Assembly (NCBI RefSeq): GCF_036365525.1
Contig: NC_090377.1
Coordinates: 67,136,301 to 67,200,300 of the forward strand
Length of the DNA: 64,000 bases
Reading direction: 5' to 3'
Origin: Heterodontus francisci
Taxonomy: Eukaryota
Every line of letters starts with the position of its first letter. The first letter of the stretch is position 1. This document shows positions 50,924-64,000 of this stretch, one piece after another. Both the position numbers and the translations under genes were made by a program. Below the pieces are notes generated by a model, which was not told the origin of the DNA, searched no databases, and saw only the letters and a list, made by a program, of their open reading frames with translations.

Positions 50924-51920
50924 AAAGAACAAAGAACAGTACAGCACAGGAACAGGCCATTCGGCCCTCCAAGCCTGCGCCGATCTCGATGCCTGCCTAA
51001 ACTAAAACCTTCTGCACTTCCGGGGACCGTATCCCTCTATTCCCATCCTATTCATGTATTTGTCAAGATGCCTCTTAAACGTCATTATCGTACCTGCTTC
51101 CACCACCTCCCCTGGAAGCAAGTTCCAGGCAGTCACCACCCTCTGTGTAAAGAACTTGCCTCGCACATCCCCTCTAAACATTGCCCCTCTCAACTTAAAT
51201 CTATGTCCCCTAGTAACTGACTCTTCCACCCTGGGAAAAAGCTTCTGACAATCCACTCTGTCCATGCCTCTCATAACTTTGTAAACCTCTATCATGTCAC
51301 CCCTCCACCTCCGTCATTCCAGTGAAAACAATCCGAGTTTATCCAACCTCTCCTCATAGCTAATGCCCTCCAGACCAGGCAACATCCTGGTAAACCTCTT
51401 CTGTACCCTCTCCAAAGCCTCCACGTCCTTCTGGTAGTGTGGCGACCAGAATTGCACGCAATATTCTAAGTGTGGCCTAACTAAAGTTCTGTACAGCTGC
51501 AGCATGACTTGCCAATTTTTATATTCTATGCCCCGACCGATGAAGGCAAGCATGCTGTATGCCTTCTCGACTACCTTATCCACCTGCGTTGCCACTTTCA
51601 GTGACCTGCGGACCTGTACGCCCAGATCTCTCTGCCTGTCAATACTGCTAAAGGTTCTGCCATTTACTGTATACTTCCCACCTGCATTAGACCTTCCAAA
51701 ATGCATTACCTCACATTTGTCCAGATTAAACTCCATCTGCCATTTCTCTGCCCAAGTCTCCAACCGATCTATATCCTGCTGTATCCTCTGACAATCCTCA
51801 TCACTGTCCGCAACTCCACCAACCTTTGTGTCGTCCACAAACTTACTAATCAGACCAGCTACATTTTCCTCCAAATCATTTATATATACTTAAAAGAGCA
51901 AAGGTCCCAGCACTGATCCC
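50924..51920 (-). mobile_element. Young CR1/HER1 LINE 3' ~1 kb inserted in a minus-strand Deu-SINE (50840-52235)
   Basis: ORFs 51874-51314 and 51295-51002 ([20 protein letters not shown]), tail gttctttgttcttt, TSD tggtc/tggtc. Confidence 0.93.
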
Positions 51921-53359
51921 TGGTCTCTGTTGTTTTGTAGGGAAATACAGCAGACAATTTGCACACTGTTTTAGTGGATTATAATTGAGGGATAAATGTT
52001 GGCCAGGACATTAGAATTCCCCTGCTCTTATTCAAAAAGTGTGACGGAAGTCTTTTACATCCAACTAAGCAAGTAGACAGGGCTCCAGTTAACGTCTCAT
52101 CTGAAAGACGACACCTCTGATAATGTAGTGATCCCTAGCACAGTACTGAAGTGTCAGCGTAGGTTATGGCTTTGCACCAATGACCTTCTGACTTGGAGGC
52201 AAGAGTGCTACCATGGAGCCAAGGCTGACACTGAATGGTTAGCAATTTATCAATTAAACATTAACCTCATAGACTAAATGCAGGACTAACAAAACTAGTA
52301 CTGAAACAATGCATTTCTTTTTTTTTTATTATATGTGCCACTCATTCCAAGTAAAACTAAACCTGCAGTAAATATCTGTAAAGGACTTTCAGATGTTGGG
52401 AGTGATGCCAAAATTCTTTGAACTTTGTTTTGAGGTATTCAGGATTCCAGAACAGTGAAGCTTCTTAATTAGAACACGTCAAAGTGCAGATTTGAAATAA
52501 ACTAAAGGATTAAGCATATTAATTTAGGGCCAATTAGAAAATAATTTTTTTTTCTTTCTTTTAAAGGAGTTTGTCTACTACCATCTTCTGCTACAAATTC
52601 CCTCTTTCTAATGAAATATTTATACTGCAAATTTCTCCCCAGAGTCCGCAGGCACTGTCTCTGCAGTGTTATTGGAAAGCAAAAACAGAAACTAATCTTT
52701 GGGCACCATTTGTATCCAGTCAAAATGTGAGGGAACGAGGTTAACAAGTTTGTGTGTGTGCACATGTGGGGGGGGGGGGGAGGGAAGGGAGAATTAATTG
52801 CTGGCTAAAGCAGCCTCGGTGAATGGACAGGTAAAAGAGGTGACCACTCAGGTGTTTCCCTAGGCAGATGGAAGTAAAATACAACCAAGCTGTGGTGAAT
52901 TTTCTTGCATTTTGATAAGTGACAGTGCTCTGGTGATTAACGTGTTACAATATATGAGGATTTATTTCTGTAATTCACTATCCAAAATAATCTGTTAATG
53001 CTTCACAAGACTGATGTGATGTTTTACATCATGCAACACTGCTTTCATCTCGAAACAGACTCCTGCTGCATCAAAGAAATCAGGCAATGCCAATGGAAAA
53101 TAAACTGCAAACCTATTTTACACGAAAATTAACTGTCCACTATACACATACTAAATAATACCAGATGCTTCTCAGTGAATTAAAACAATAGTCCAGTCTC
53201 TGGAATTAGATGAAGAATATAAACTATTCAAGCTTCATTCTCACAGTCTACAGTGTCATTTGAACTTTGAGATTGAATTACTGTTAAGTAAATCACTGAA
53301 AAAAATTCAGTATCTTCACTATTTTTTCAAGTAGATTTGCTAAACCAGAAACAATGCCT

Positions 53360-54375
53360 TTCAACAACAACTTATATTTATACAGCCACTTTAATGTAAT
53401 AAAACATCCTAAGGCACTTCACAGGAGCATTATAAAACAAAATATGACACCAAGTTACATAAGGAAATATTAGGTCAGATGACCAAAAATTGGTCAAAGA
53501 GGTGGGTTTTAAGGAGTGTCTTAAAGGAGGAAAGCGAGGTCGAGAGGTGGAGAGGTGTAGGGAGGGAATTCCAGAGCTTCGAGGCCTAGGCAACTGAAGA
53601 CGTGGCCACCAATGGTGGAGCAAGTAAAATCGGGGATGTTCAAGAGGCCAGAATTAGAGGAGTGCAGATATCTCAGAGGATTGTGGGGCTGGTGCAGATT
53701 ACAGAGTTAGGGAGGGGAAAGGACATGGAGGGATTTGAAAACAAGAACGAGAATTTTAAAATCAAGATATTGGTTCACCAGGAGCCAATGTAGATCAGCA
53801 AGCTCTACATTGAGCTGGTGATAGGTGGACAAGGCTTGGTGTGAGTTAAGACACAGGCAGCAGAGTTTTGGATAACCTCAAGTTTACAGAGGATAAGATG
53901 TAGAAGACCAGCCAGGAGTGCATTGGAATAGTTAAGTCTAGAGGAAACGAAAGCATTAATGAGAGTTTCATCAGCAGTTGAGCTGAGATGGGGCAAAGTC
54001 AGGCAATATTACGGAGGTGGAAATAGGCGGTCTTACCGATGGTGTGAATATGAGGTCGGAAGCTCATCTCAGGGTCAAATGTGATGCCAAGGTTGCAAAC
54101 GGACTGGCTTAATCTCAGACTGTTGCCAGGGAGAGATGGAATTGGTAGCTGGGGAACCGAGTTTTGAATGGGATTGAAAACGACGGTATCAGTCTTCCCA
54201 ATATTTAATTGGAGGAAATTTCTGCTCACTTGGTACCGGATGTCAAATAAGCAGACTGACAGTTTAGCAACAGTGGAAGAGTTAAGAGAGGTATGATGAG
54301 GTAGAGCTGGATGTCATCAACATACATGTGAAAACTAACACTCTCTTTTCAGATGATGGCATTACGGGACAACAT
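53360..54375 (-). mobile_element. L2 LINE 3' ~1 kb
   Basis: NFLQLNIGKT, KTAYFHLRNIA, LINAFVSSRLNYSNALL. Similar to 32485-33735. Confidence 0.9.
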
Positions 54376-55699
54376 GAGATGAGGAATTTCTGCAAAAACA
54401 TGATTACCGTGCAACATTTTTATACCTGTAGTTTCATGCCTTTATAACACTTAATATTAAATATAGCAAACTAAGATAAGAATTAGCATTCTATTCAGCA
54501 AATAGCAGTGAAAATAAACCATTCACATTTTTAAAAAACATATGGGAAAGGTAGCACATACACACAAAGATTCTGAATAGTCCATTCCCAGTTATCCTAG
54601 AGCTGGTTATTTGCATCTTCTAACATCACATTGCCAAATCTACTGCCATCGGCAGACATGTCAATATTCGCACAACAGGCATTCGGCTCATACACGTGAA
54701 ACATCCATGAAGTAGCATGTGAAGTCACTGGCACTGAACAAACAAAAGCAGGGAGCAGATCACAGTCAAGCTCACTTTCCTACCTGCAAACAGTCTGCCT
54801 TTTTTGCCTCCCCTAACAACTTCACCAGATTTAAGAGCTCTGCATTACTCTAGGAATGTCAGGGAACTTAGTGTGAATGGTTTTGAGCGAAGGTAACCCT
54901 ACCTTTTACAATATTACAAATCATATGCATATTCATAGAAAGTACTTTCATGTGTGAAAGGGAACTTTGGGAACTAAGCCAAACATCAAATGTATAAATG
55001 TTCGCATCTTTGTTTTATTGAGCCAATGACAACTTCTTAACGCAATCCAGATGCATCTGTGTTTAATACTTTCTGTCATATAATTTTTATATTTGTTATG
55101 GTCTCAGCACTAAATGGAAAGGATTCACAGGGGTATACCAACTTCAGACTTTTCTAGTTGAGCATCAAACATCAAAGGAATGATTTTCCCCAGATACTTT
55201 AGGTGCTCAAGTGCCTCCAAGGTGACCAAGATGGGGTCTCAAGTTGGAACACAGGTTTAGCCTGCCTTGCACGCAAGACAGCATCTTTGTAAAGGAGTTG
55301 AAGCACGCGCTAGGAACAGAGGAGCATTAGGGGATTGATTGACAATTAAATGACCTACTAGCACTCAGTAAAGAAGCTGCATGGCATTTTGGTGGGTAAT
55401 GCTTCATTTAATGACCTTTCCTAACACCAACCAGCTAAACAGGGGGAAACAAGTGGTTGCTGAGGATTTCAAGCACGACTTAAAGCCATGCTCAGCTTTC
55501 AATGCTCACTAGCTGACTGAGATCAACTGACTACAGCGCATTTCAAGAGGACCTTTGAGACACATCGGAAGAATTTCTGGGACACTTTGCCAAAACTCCA
55601 TCAATAATATTTTTCCCAGATATTCTCTCAAGACTTCACCTAAAAAGAGCGAGTGCTGTGCTCCCCTACCTTATTGAACACCTTCTAGGAGTCATCAGG

Positions 55700-56865
55700 A
55701 GAAGGGGTGTCCTTGGCCATGGACATTTTTCTGCATGAGGAATTGGAGGAGGTGATAAGACCAGGCTTGGCAGGACCAGTTGTTGCAGGAGAGAGGGGGA
55801 CAGGAGGAACAGGAGTGTGAGGAGGGCTGTCAGCCGGAGGCTCCATCCACCCAGGGTCTTCAGAGAGCACTACCTCTACATGTGCATGACCCAAGAATTG
55901 TGCATGAGAAAACTATGCTTTACCAAGGAGGTCATCACAGAGATCTGTGGCCTCCTGGAAGGAAGGCTCAGACCTCGCAACACAGCCAGGACTGCATTGT
56001 TTGTGGTGGTCAAAGTCAGAGTAGTACCTGTTTTTTATGCTATTGGAACCACCTTCCAGACTGCCACAGATGATGGAAGTCACATCTCACAATCCTCTGT
56101 GCACTTCTGCATCAGGGAGATCTCTGTTGCTCTATACGCTCTGAGGAATGACTATATATTATTCCCTATTGCCAGAGAAGACCAGAGGCAGAAAGCTCTA
56201 GGATTCAACAGGATTTCAGGATTCTCCATGGTACAGGGAGCATTTGACTGTGAGCCCTTCATTTAAACGCTTAGGTGTTCAGAAATAGGAAGGGAATCTG
56301 TTTCCTCAGTGTGCAGCTCATGTCTGACAATTGGCAGCAAATCATGCAGGTGAATTCCTTCTATTCAGGAAGCTGCCACGATGAGATAGTCATTCATCCC
56401 ACAGATCTTTGAGGCACAACCCAATGGGCATGGCTGAGACTAGGTAACAAGAGATACTCTCTAATCATGGCTCATGACTTCCCTGAGAAATCCCCAAACA
56501 CCAGCTGAGCACTCATACAATGAGTTACACTGAGCCACCAGGAATATCATTGAGCAGATAATTGGGTTCCTCAAGCAGAGGTGTAGATACCTAGAATGTT
56601 CAGGAACTGCCCTTCAGTACTCAGCTGAGAGGATGTCCAGACTCATGGTGAGTTGCTGCATGCTCCACAATCTGTCTATCTTGAGAGACCAGCTGTTACC
56701 AACAATTATGCCAGAGGGTCACACACAGCAGTCACAAAAGGAGGAGGAGGAGGAACTGAAAAGGGAGGGGGGGAACCATCGGGAAGCAGCAGAGACTTCC
56801 AGGTAGACGGCCTGCTTCTGGAGGGACGCTTGCCGCCATCTAATTGAAGAGTGTTTTTGAGAGAC
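55700..56865 (+). pseudogene. Harbinger DDE transposase (HARBI1-like), frameshifted
   Basis: ISQSSVHFCIREI, GF.MVQGAFDC, NRKG, YSGSCHD, TRNIIEQIIGFLKQR, CCMLHNL and an acidic tail. Confidence 0.9.
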
Positions 56866-56992
56866 ATGTTCCAGCATCAGACTCCAGAGAATTGTTGCTA
56901 CATGATGTACCTTCCCAATGTACAATCCATCAGGCAGTCCATCACCTGGACTCAATCCTTTTAACCTCTTCCCCATGAAGATCAGAATAAAA

Positions 56993-57360
56993 GGGCGGCA
57001 CAGTGGTGCAGTGGTTAGCACTGCAGCCTCACAGCTCCAGGGACCCGGGTTCGATTCTGGGTACTGCCTGTGTGGAGTTTGCAAGTTCTCCCTGTGTCTG
57101 CGTGGGTTTTCTCCGGGTGCTCCGGTTTCCTCCCACAAGCCAAAAAGACTTGCAGGTTGGTAGGTAAATTGGCCATTATAAAAAAAAAATTGTCACTAGT
57201 ATAGGTAGGTGGTAGGGAAATATAGGGACAGATGGGGATGTTTGGTAGGAATATGGGATTAGTGTAGGATTAGTATAAATGGGTGGTTGATGGTCGGCAC
57301 AGACTCGGTGGGCTGAAGGGCCTGTTTCAGTGCTGTATCTCTAATCTAATCTAAAAAAAA
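56993..57360 (+). mobile_element. HE1-like V-SINE, young
   Basis: A and B boxes, V domain, CR1-type tail, (ctaat)n plus poly(A). Close match to 964-1275. Confidence 0.93.
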
Positions 57361-57519
57361 AGATGACTGATTCCATGACCACCTAATTACCACAATCACT
57401 GTTTATATACATCAAAACCAAACTATGAAAACATGGCAGAATCAATATCACTTACAAATATTAAACTATTCACCTTGTTGCTCACCCTTGGTGGCTATCT
57501 ACAAGAGCTCTTATGTAAT

Positions 57520-59640
57520 CTAGTACTTCTTCTAAGTACAACTCCAGTGGCAGCAACAAGCAAAGTGGATGACTGCTGAGTATCTGAAGAGGGCAGTTCT
57601 CCAGAGATAACCTCCTGGGACACCCTCGAGCTGCTGTGCATCATGATGGCCCCGCTACAGACTGCACCATCTCAACAAGGGTTCAGCAGTCTGGGCCACT
57701 TGGCTGACAGGGAACAGCAAGAGTAATGGTGGATGGTGGGGTTGGGAGCAGCAATGCTGGCATCTGGAAAGAGGCCAGTAGATTCCTGCTCCATGATTCC
57801 CATGCCACTACCTCAGGACCAATGTTCAGCCAGTCCAGTAATCTGGTGGAGGACAGATCTGTGGGCATCTGAGACTCTCTGCAAACCCCTTTCAATGGGG
57901 GAGCCCAGAGCCACTAAGGCAGCTGCCTGAGCTTCCATTGCAGTTTGCCGCTCCATAAAAACTTCAATGACTGCAGCGTAATCTGCAGTCTAAGTCATCA
58001 GACACTGCATGATCGCAGGTTCCACAGGTCGCTGGCTGGAATTGACCAGCCTCTCCATGCTAGTGAGGATTGGGTTCCGGCTGTGCATCAAGCCATAGAC
58101 CAAGGTGGAGACAGACTCCTCTAGCCCCCAAGCCATGACCTATAAGTTTTGAGGCAGACTCTCCATTGCACTAAGCATTTGGTTTGTTATATCCATCAGC
58201 CTTCTTCTGAAGCTTGGCCCTGCAAGGCCCTTATCTGACTCTTCTACAGCAGAACTAGTATACAACATACCCACCCCCCCCACCCCGGAAAGTAGTACCT
58301 ATGTTGTCCCTTCCACCCTACGTGACTGCTGCCTACTAATCCAAGTGTGTCCCATTGTGACAATCCCTCTTCTAAGCTAGCCTCTAAGTTGCCTTCTCTG
58401 AGCTGTTGCCTGCAACATTGGTAAGCATTGAGGGAGAGCATTCTTCCTCACTCTCCTCCTCCTCAGGGGTGGGGGGGGCATGGGGGTCGGGGGTTGCAAG
58501 GTTTGCCTTGCACCTGCTCCAGGGTGGGGGGAATGAGGTGGATTTTGCTCCTGGGAGCCTGCAGTGATAAAGCTGGAAAGGTTAGGGTGCAGCGCATGTG
58601 GCCACTACAGGAGGATGTGAATGATGAGATCATATAGAGCTTGTGAGTGAGGATAGCTTTCAGTGATTAGGGACCAGCAAAGGTTGTACAACTGTAAGGA
58701 AGTTGGAGAGGCCACATACCTCCAGGCAAGATGCTCCCTGCTCTGCCTTTAGCTACAGTGTCTCCCACTCTCCTCCCGATCATAGGCAGCACTGTCCCCT
58801 CAAGGGGAGTGATGTCATGCAGACATGGTTGACCTTAAAGCCTGGCTACCTGACCCAAACCCGACCAAACCTGACTACATGTGTCGGGCTCGGGTTGGGT
58901 CGGGTCTATATTCTGTGTCCAGCATTCGGACTCGGGTTCGGGTTGGCTGTGGTCGGGTTTTGTTCTGTATTGTTTTCTTTTTAATCTACGTTTTGACATG
59001 ATTTTTTTTCTCCACTAATAACATGTTTGACCTTTTCGGGTCAGGTCGGGCAAAAAAAAAAATTAAAGGACTTGGGCCCGGGTCGGGTTCGGGTTGGCTG
59101 TGGTCGGGTTGGGCCCAGGTCGGGTTTTAATTTTATACCCGAGCCAGGTTTTAGTTGACCTGCTCTGGTCAGGTCATGCTATTACCTGTTATGTGCTACT
59201 TTTTCCTGGAAGAGAAACAGTAGTGATTGTGAATGAGTGTCTCGGCAGATGTGTTTATGTGTGATGCCTCACACAATTGAAGTGCTGTGAGATGCTTCTG
59301 AGGTGTGAGAAGTGCCTGTCAATGATGCAACACTGTGGGTTGAGTGAGCGCCAGTGTATAGCGAGATGGTGGATGAAGAGATTTGAGGTTGAGGTGGTGC
59401 AGTTTTTAAGAAGTGTGTTTGTGAGATGGGCTCTTACCTTGACCACTCATGTCAAGTCATTAAATTTCTTGTGTCACTGGAACCATGTCCTCGCCAGCTG
59501 TGACCTCCCAGACGATCTCCTCCTCTATGTACCACAGTAGCTTCCTCTGTGGCCGTCTTTCCTCCTGAGTTGGTGGACATCCCTCATCCTCTCTACCCCT
59601 TCCAACAGGACCTCCAGTGTTGCACTCTCTCTAGGTCCTT
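57520..59640 (-). pseudogene. Harbinger Myb/SANT partner gene remnant with introns
   Basis: Minus strand LEVLLEGVE..RDV and RTWFQ..KKFNDLT.VVK|gtaag, intron, then acceptor ttccag. Colinear with 19030-19600. Confidence 0.7.
58836..59153. mobile_element. hAT-type MITE
   Basis: TIR taaagcctggct / agccaggtttta, perfect 8-bp TSD gttgacct, tcggg arrays. Confidence 0.9.
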
Positions 59641-61314
59641 TAGGCATCCTTCCAGCTTGGCTTCTCTCCCAGCCAGTGCACTCCACACCTTCAGTGGAAG
59701 TGGGTGAGTGCAGGCTACATATACAGCTCCAGGAAAATTGTGTCCCATCAGCATTTGAATGCTAAACCTGCAGCTGTCGGTTTCAGTCCCCGCAGACACA
59801 TTTAAATTCCGATAATTGTCAATTAATCCAAAAATTACACGTTTAATCCGGAATTTCAAACAGGTGTTTCTTATTAGCACAGCACCCACTTGGTGCCTGT
59901 TTTCATCCTTTGGTCAAAATAACCCCCACTGGCTCAGGAACTTCAGATTTACAGTAAAACTGAATTTTACCCTTAATCATTAAGGTATATGATGGTAGCT
60001 CTCTAATCATTTTTTATGCATGGAAGGCTTTTCCAGTTCTTTGCTTTTTCTTAATTTACAAAGCAAACACATTGAGCTTGCTAAAAAAAGATGCTTTTTT
60101 ATATTATAAAGACAACTGCTAGCAGTAATGACTTTCAGCATTAACTGCAATTGCTTAATAACCTGAATAATATTAAAACTTTTTAAAACACACAGATTAC
60201 ATGCAGCTGGAGGTTATTATTAGCAAGAAAAACACAGGCTTCATTATGAATATAGCCAAGGTTTCCTGTGAACCTTACAATGGTGACCATTGTCGATTAG
60301 TGTATCAGGAGTCCAGTATTTTGCAAATTCGCTGGGAATTGCAACAGAAGTCAGCATCTTGTTCCAAATTTTCATCTCTTTGTGAATGTGTAACCTTAAA
60401 ATGCAAATTATGATATTCTCAGGATCCTTTCAACATTAGAAAACTATAATGCAGTTTTGAAGGTCGAGTCAGGGTTGACATTTCTTTCTGATTCATTGAA
60501 TGTTGCATTAGTCATGGTAAATTATCCCTTCCATTTCCTCCATGTTATTTTGAAATTATAGCAAGCATTTATTTTTTGTTATCAATAATCTCTTCTGCAA
60601 TGATTCGGAACATAGCCTGCTCCCTCCTGCTGCCACAATGGATCTGGCCTATCCCATCCCACTGCCTATGGGCCAGACATTCCCCCTTTTTATAATTCTC
60701 TGCCACACTGAATTGACTCACTCCCAAGGGCCTGGCTCCAGCTACAGTCGGTCTCCTTGTTCAAGAGCTTGTTTTCTTCTCAACCCACAGTTTCCCCAAA
60801 AATGAGAAAGAAAGGACGTAGACAGAAGCGGTGATAGGAAGTAAGCCAGAAGAGAAAAAAGCCTAAGTGAGCCAGAAAAGGAGAAAAAGTGATGAGGAAA
60901 AGGAGAGAAAGTAAAGAAATGGAAAGAAAGCAAAAATATGAAATAGGGAAGAAAAATGATCCAGAAAAAATATCTAGAAAAGAGAATAAAAGCAAACTAG
61001 AAAAAGAAAGAGAGAGACAGAGCAGCCAACTAACACTAATTCATCAGTTTTGAAGTCTGATAATGAAGTAGTAATGCATGCTGGGTTCAGTACAGCGGCT
61101 AGAATTGGGACAGCACTTCAAATACAAATATACATCATGATGTCAAGCCAGGAACACTGAAACCAGACGACTTACTTCTTGTTGTGAAACCAACCTGCCC
61201 TACTCCATGCTCTGCACTGCCAGGTCAGTGGCTCAAGCTGTAAATAGATTAAAATGTATGTGAATGACTGAAATAATCTACACACTCTAGGTGATCTGGT
61301 TTGTCTGAAAAGTG

Positions 61315-61885
61315 CATAAGAACACAATAAATAGGAGCAGGAGTAGGCCATTCAGCCCCTCAAGCCTGCCCCACCAATCAATAAGATCATGGCTGATCAG
61401 TCCCAGGCCTCAACTCCTCTTTCGAGCCTGCTCCGCATAACCCTCAACTCCCCGAGATTTCAAAAATCTATCTACCTCCTCCTTAAATACATTTAGTGAC
61501 CTAGCCTCCACAACTTTCTGAGGTAGAGAATTCCAGAGATTCACCACCGTCTGGGACAAGAAATTCCTTTGCATCCCAGTTTTAAATGAGTGACCCCTTA
61601 TTCTGTATATATGTCCCCTAGTTCGAGAATCCCCCACCAGTGGAAACATCTTCTCAACATCTACTTTGTCAAGCCCCCTCAGAATCTTATATGTTTCAAT
61701 AAGATCACCTCCCATTTTTCTAAACTCCAAAGAATAAAGGCCGAACCTGTTTAGCCGTTCTTGATAAGACAACCCCTTCATCCCAGGAATCAGCCTAGTG
61801 AACCTTTTCTAAACTGCCTCCAATGCTAGTATATCCTTCCTTAAATATGGGGACCAAAACTGTACGCAGTACTCCTGGTGTGGCC
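61315..61885 (-). mobile_element. CR1 LINE 3' end
   Basis: ORF 61781-61410 (GLSYQERLNRFGLYSLE, GDLIETYKIL, VVNLWNSLP) and CR1 tail. Confidence 0.92.
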
Positions 61886-62909
61886 AGAGGCACTTCAAAT
61901 TTCAGTGATACACTTAATACTAGCTCTAGTTATGATCCTTATATCAGTATAAAGTAATATATTAAAAAATCTTAGGTCAATCCCTGATATTTACCATTAT
62001 AAATTCCTATGTCCAGTTTATGATTGAAACAGCCTCTATACACTTGTCATGCTATAATTCACAACAAAGACGCAGTTAGATGGTTTAATTCACCTAAGAG
62101 CTACACTTAAGAGAGTGAATTTCCTCAATGTTTTGCAGCACTGCAGTGACAGAACTAGTTTTTTGAGGAGGAAAGTCAGGTAGAAACTGCTTCCACTTTT
62201 AAACAGCTTTTCTCAAGTTTGCTCACAATTCTGGAGCTGTGCAGCAATTCCACGCCAAGGTACCACTGGCCTCATTTCTATACCTGAAAGTGAGAAGTCA
62301 AGGTGAAGGACCCACCACCAACCACCACACCCCACCCCCCCCCCCCCCCCACACCCCCTCCCATTCCCCCACCAAGTATTCTGGTATTACACAGCTAATG
62401 TACCTGCAGGAAGCTACACTCAGTGCAATGAGTTCAGGATCAGATGTTGAAGGCAGAAGTGAAGAGTTCCTGAGAGAACAGACTGAAAATTTATAAAAAC
62501 AGGTTTCTGCAGGAAGTAACAAATTGAAAAGCAGTTTTATTTTCACCTTTCTGCCTATAGACAATTTCACTTGCTTCTGACTGCTTCTGTGAGCACTGAC
62601 AGTAATTCAGACTCACAGAACCCTGCCCCAACCAATGTCAGGGGCATGTCAGACACAGTTATGGCATTCCCTATGGGCACCTATTCTTCTTTGAGATGGC
62701 ACCTGATGGTCAGGACTGCAGGAATTAGTTGGTTCCTCATGCTGCACAGAGGCATCATAGGATTAAGATGGCCCTCACTCCCTGGTAGCGGAATCTTGGC
62801 ATTAATCCATTGCTAGCTGCATCTCTGCAGGGCCATATTCCACTGACAAGGTGCTTTGAGCAAGATGGCAGCATGAGCTTGTCTTTGAAAGGAGTGAGGT
62901 GTTTAAAGT

Positions 62910-63142
62910 GATGATAGTTCAAGGCAGAAAGGGATGGTAATGGGATTTGTAAAGAAACAACAGAGGACATGTAAATGGGAAGAGCAGAATAAATACCAAC
63001 AGCTGCTGTCCCAAAAAATGAGAGTAGTGGTTTTGATCTGAAGTTATTGAACTTAATGTTGAGAGTCCAGAAGGCTAAAAAAGTGCCTAATCGAAAGACG
63101 AGCTGCTGTTCCTTGAGCTTTTGTTGAGTTCCATTGGAACAG
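62910..63142 (-). mobile_element. Penelope-like element remnant (GIY-YIG endonuclease C-terminus plus downstream sequence)
   Basis: Minus strand reads, with frameshifts, QQKLKEQQLVFRLGT..PSGLNIKFNNF, matching the PLE C-terminal E..WI..L.T..P.GLN motif. Confidence 0.7.
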
Positions 63143-63615
63143 AATCACACATACAGACTGAACACCGACCTCTCTGTCCTTGTTGATAAAATAGCCTGCA
63201 TTTACAGTGTCTACATTATTCACACCACGAAGATTCATCTAAGTGCGAGAGAACTGGATTTTTAACTTCCTCTAAAAAGCTCCAAAATAGAACTGACTAT
63301 ATTGAACAGAGAGTATTCCATAATAACCAGTCACAATATTTTAAGCCAGCAAATGCACTTCCCCTTCTGTCTTTCTGTCCCTCTCTTAATATTTTATGAA
63401 TATTATCTTAAATAACAAACTTCTTTGCACCTTTCTGTTAAGGTGGGAGGAGTCACAACTGCATCTGCCCACAGACCAGTCCCTCAGGATTGTTACAATA
63501 ACATTCATTGTTTAAAAATTTGGATCAACCTCATCAATTCTGTGTTTTCCATGAAAACAAATGCAGATCCATAAGCTTTATATCATAAATTAGAATCCCA
63601 CATTTAAGAATAAAT

Positions 63616-64000
63616 GGGCATGAAATTCAGCTCCTTGCCGTCCAGTTTTTCGGCACTACGAGTATTGTTTTATCTCCAAAATGACGTCCGCAGTGTGGGG
63701 GCACACTTCTGGTGCTAGCCAGACCAGACACCATTTTGGTGAAGGTGTTCACGACATGATGTCTACACCAGGAATATGTAAGGTAGGCAGATTGTGAAGC
63801 TTATTTGATGCCAGTGTTGCCTTTTTGGAGCTCAACACTCCAACTAATGCCATCTCTTAAACATGCACAGCTGAACATGTGTCCAGCAGCAGGAAGGAAC
63901 CCCAACAGCACTATTTAAAGGGATCATCAACTCCTTTCAGGTTAGTTGCTGATTGATTTCTACGCACTCTTGCTGCGATTGTAGATGTGTTTGGTGGTTT
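63616..64000. mobile_element. Probable Harbinger element end running off the window
   Basis: Terminus gggcatgaaatt resembles the other gg...aatt termini. No second end is visible. Confidence 0.4.

Larger units (their letters stand above)
55177..59926. mobile_element. Near full-length decayed autonomous Harbinger transposon with two nested insertions
   Basis: Plus-strand transposase converging on a minus-strand Myb/SANT gene, with weak TIR-like ends ggaatgattttcccc / ggtcaaaataacccc. Confidence 0.75.

Noticed and set aside
60800-61025. Phe/Leu/Ser-rich ORFs
   Set aside because: Artefact of a low-complexity purine-rich tract.

Overview
Repeat-dominated, non-coding vertebrate DNA, most likely from a shark or other cartilaginous fish. 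That inference rests on HE1-type V-SINEs, SacSINE1-like Deu-SINEs and HER1/CR1 LINEs. I could not support any host protein-coding exon: every recognisable ORF is transposon-derived. The window holds nested and fragmentary CR1, L2, Tx1, RTE and CR1-group LINEs, three SINE families, several solo LTRs, decayed two-gene Harbinger transposons (HARBI1-like transposase plus Myb/SANT partner), many Harbinger MITEs with 3-bp TSDs and hAT MITEs with 8-bp TSDs. Three signals stand out. (1) A short TSD-flanked interspersed element begins at a minimal hammerhead-ribozyme core whose stem II stays paired across divergent copies, and a Penelope GIY-YIG remnant lies in the same window. (2) A very young RTE insertion has a perfect 101-bp target-site duplication. 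(3) A solo LTR contains a perfect 24-bp hairpin. Family names come from motif recognition, not database searches, and boundaries of old repeats are approximate.
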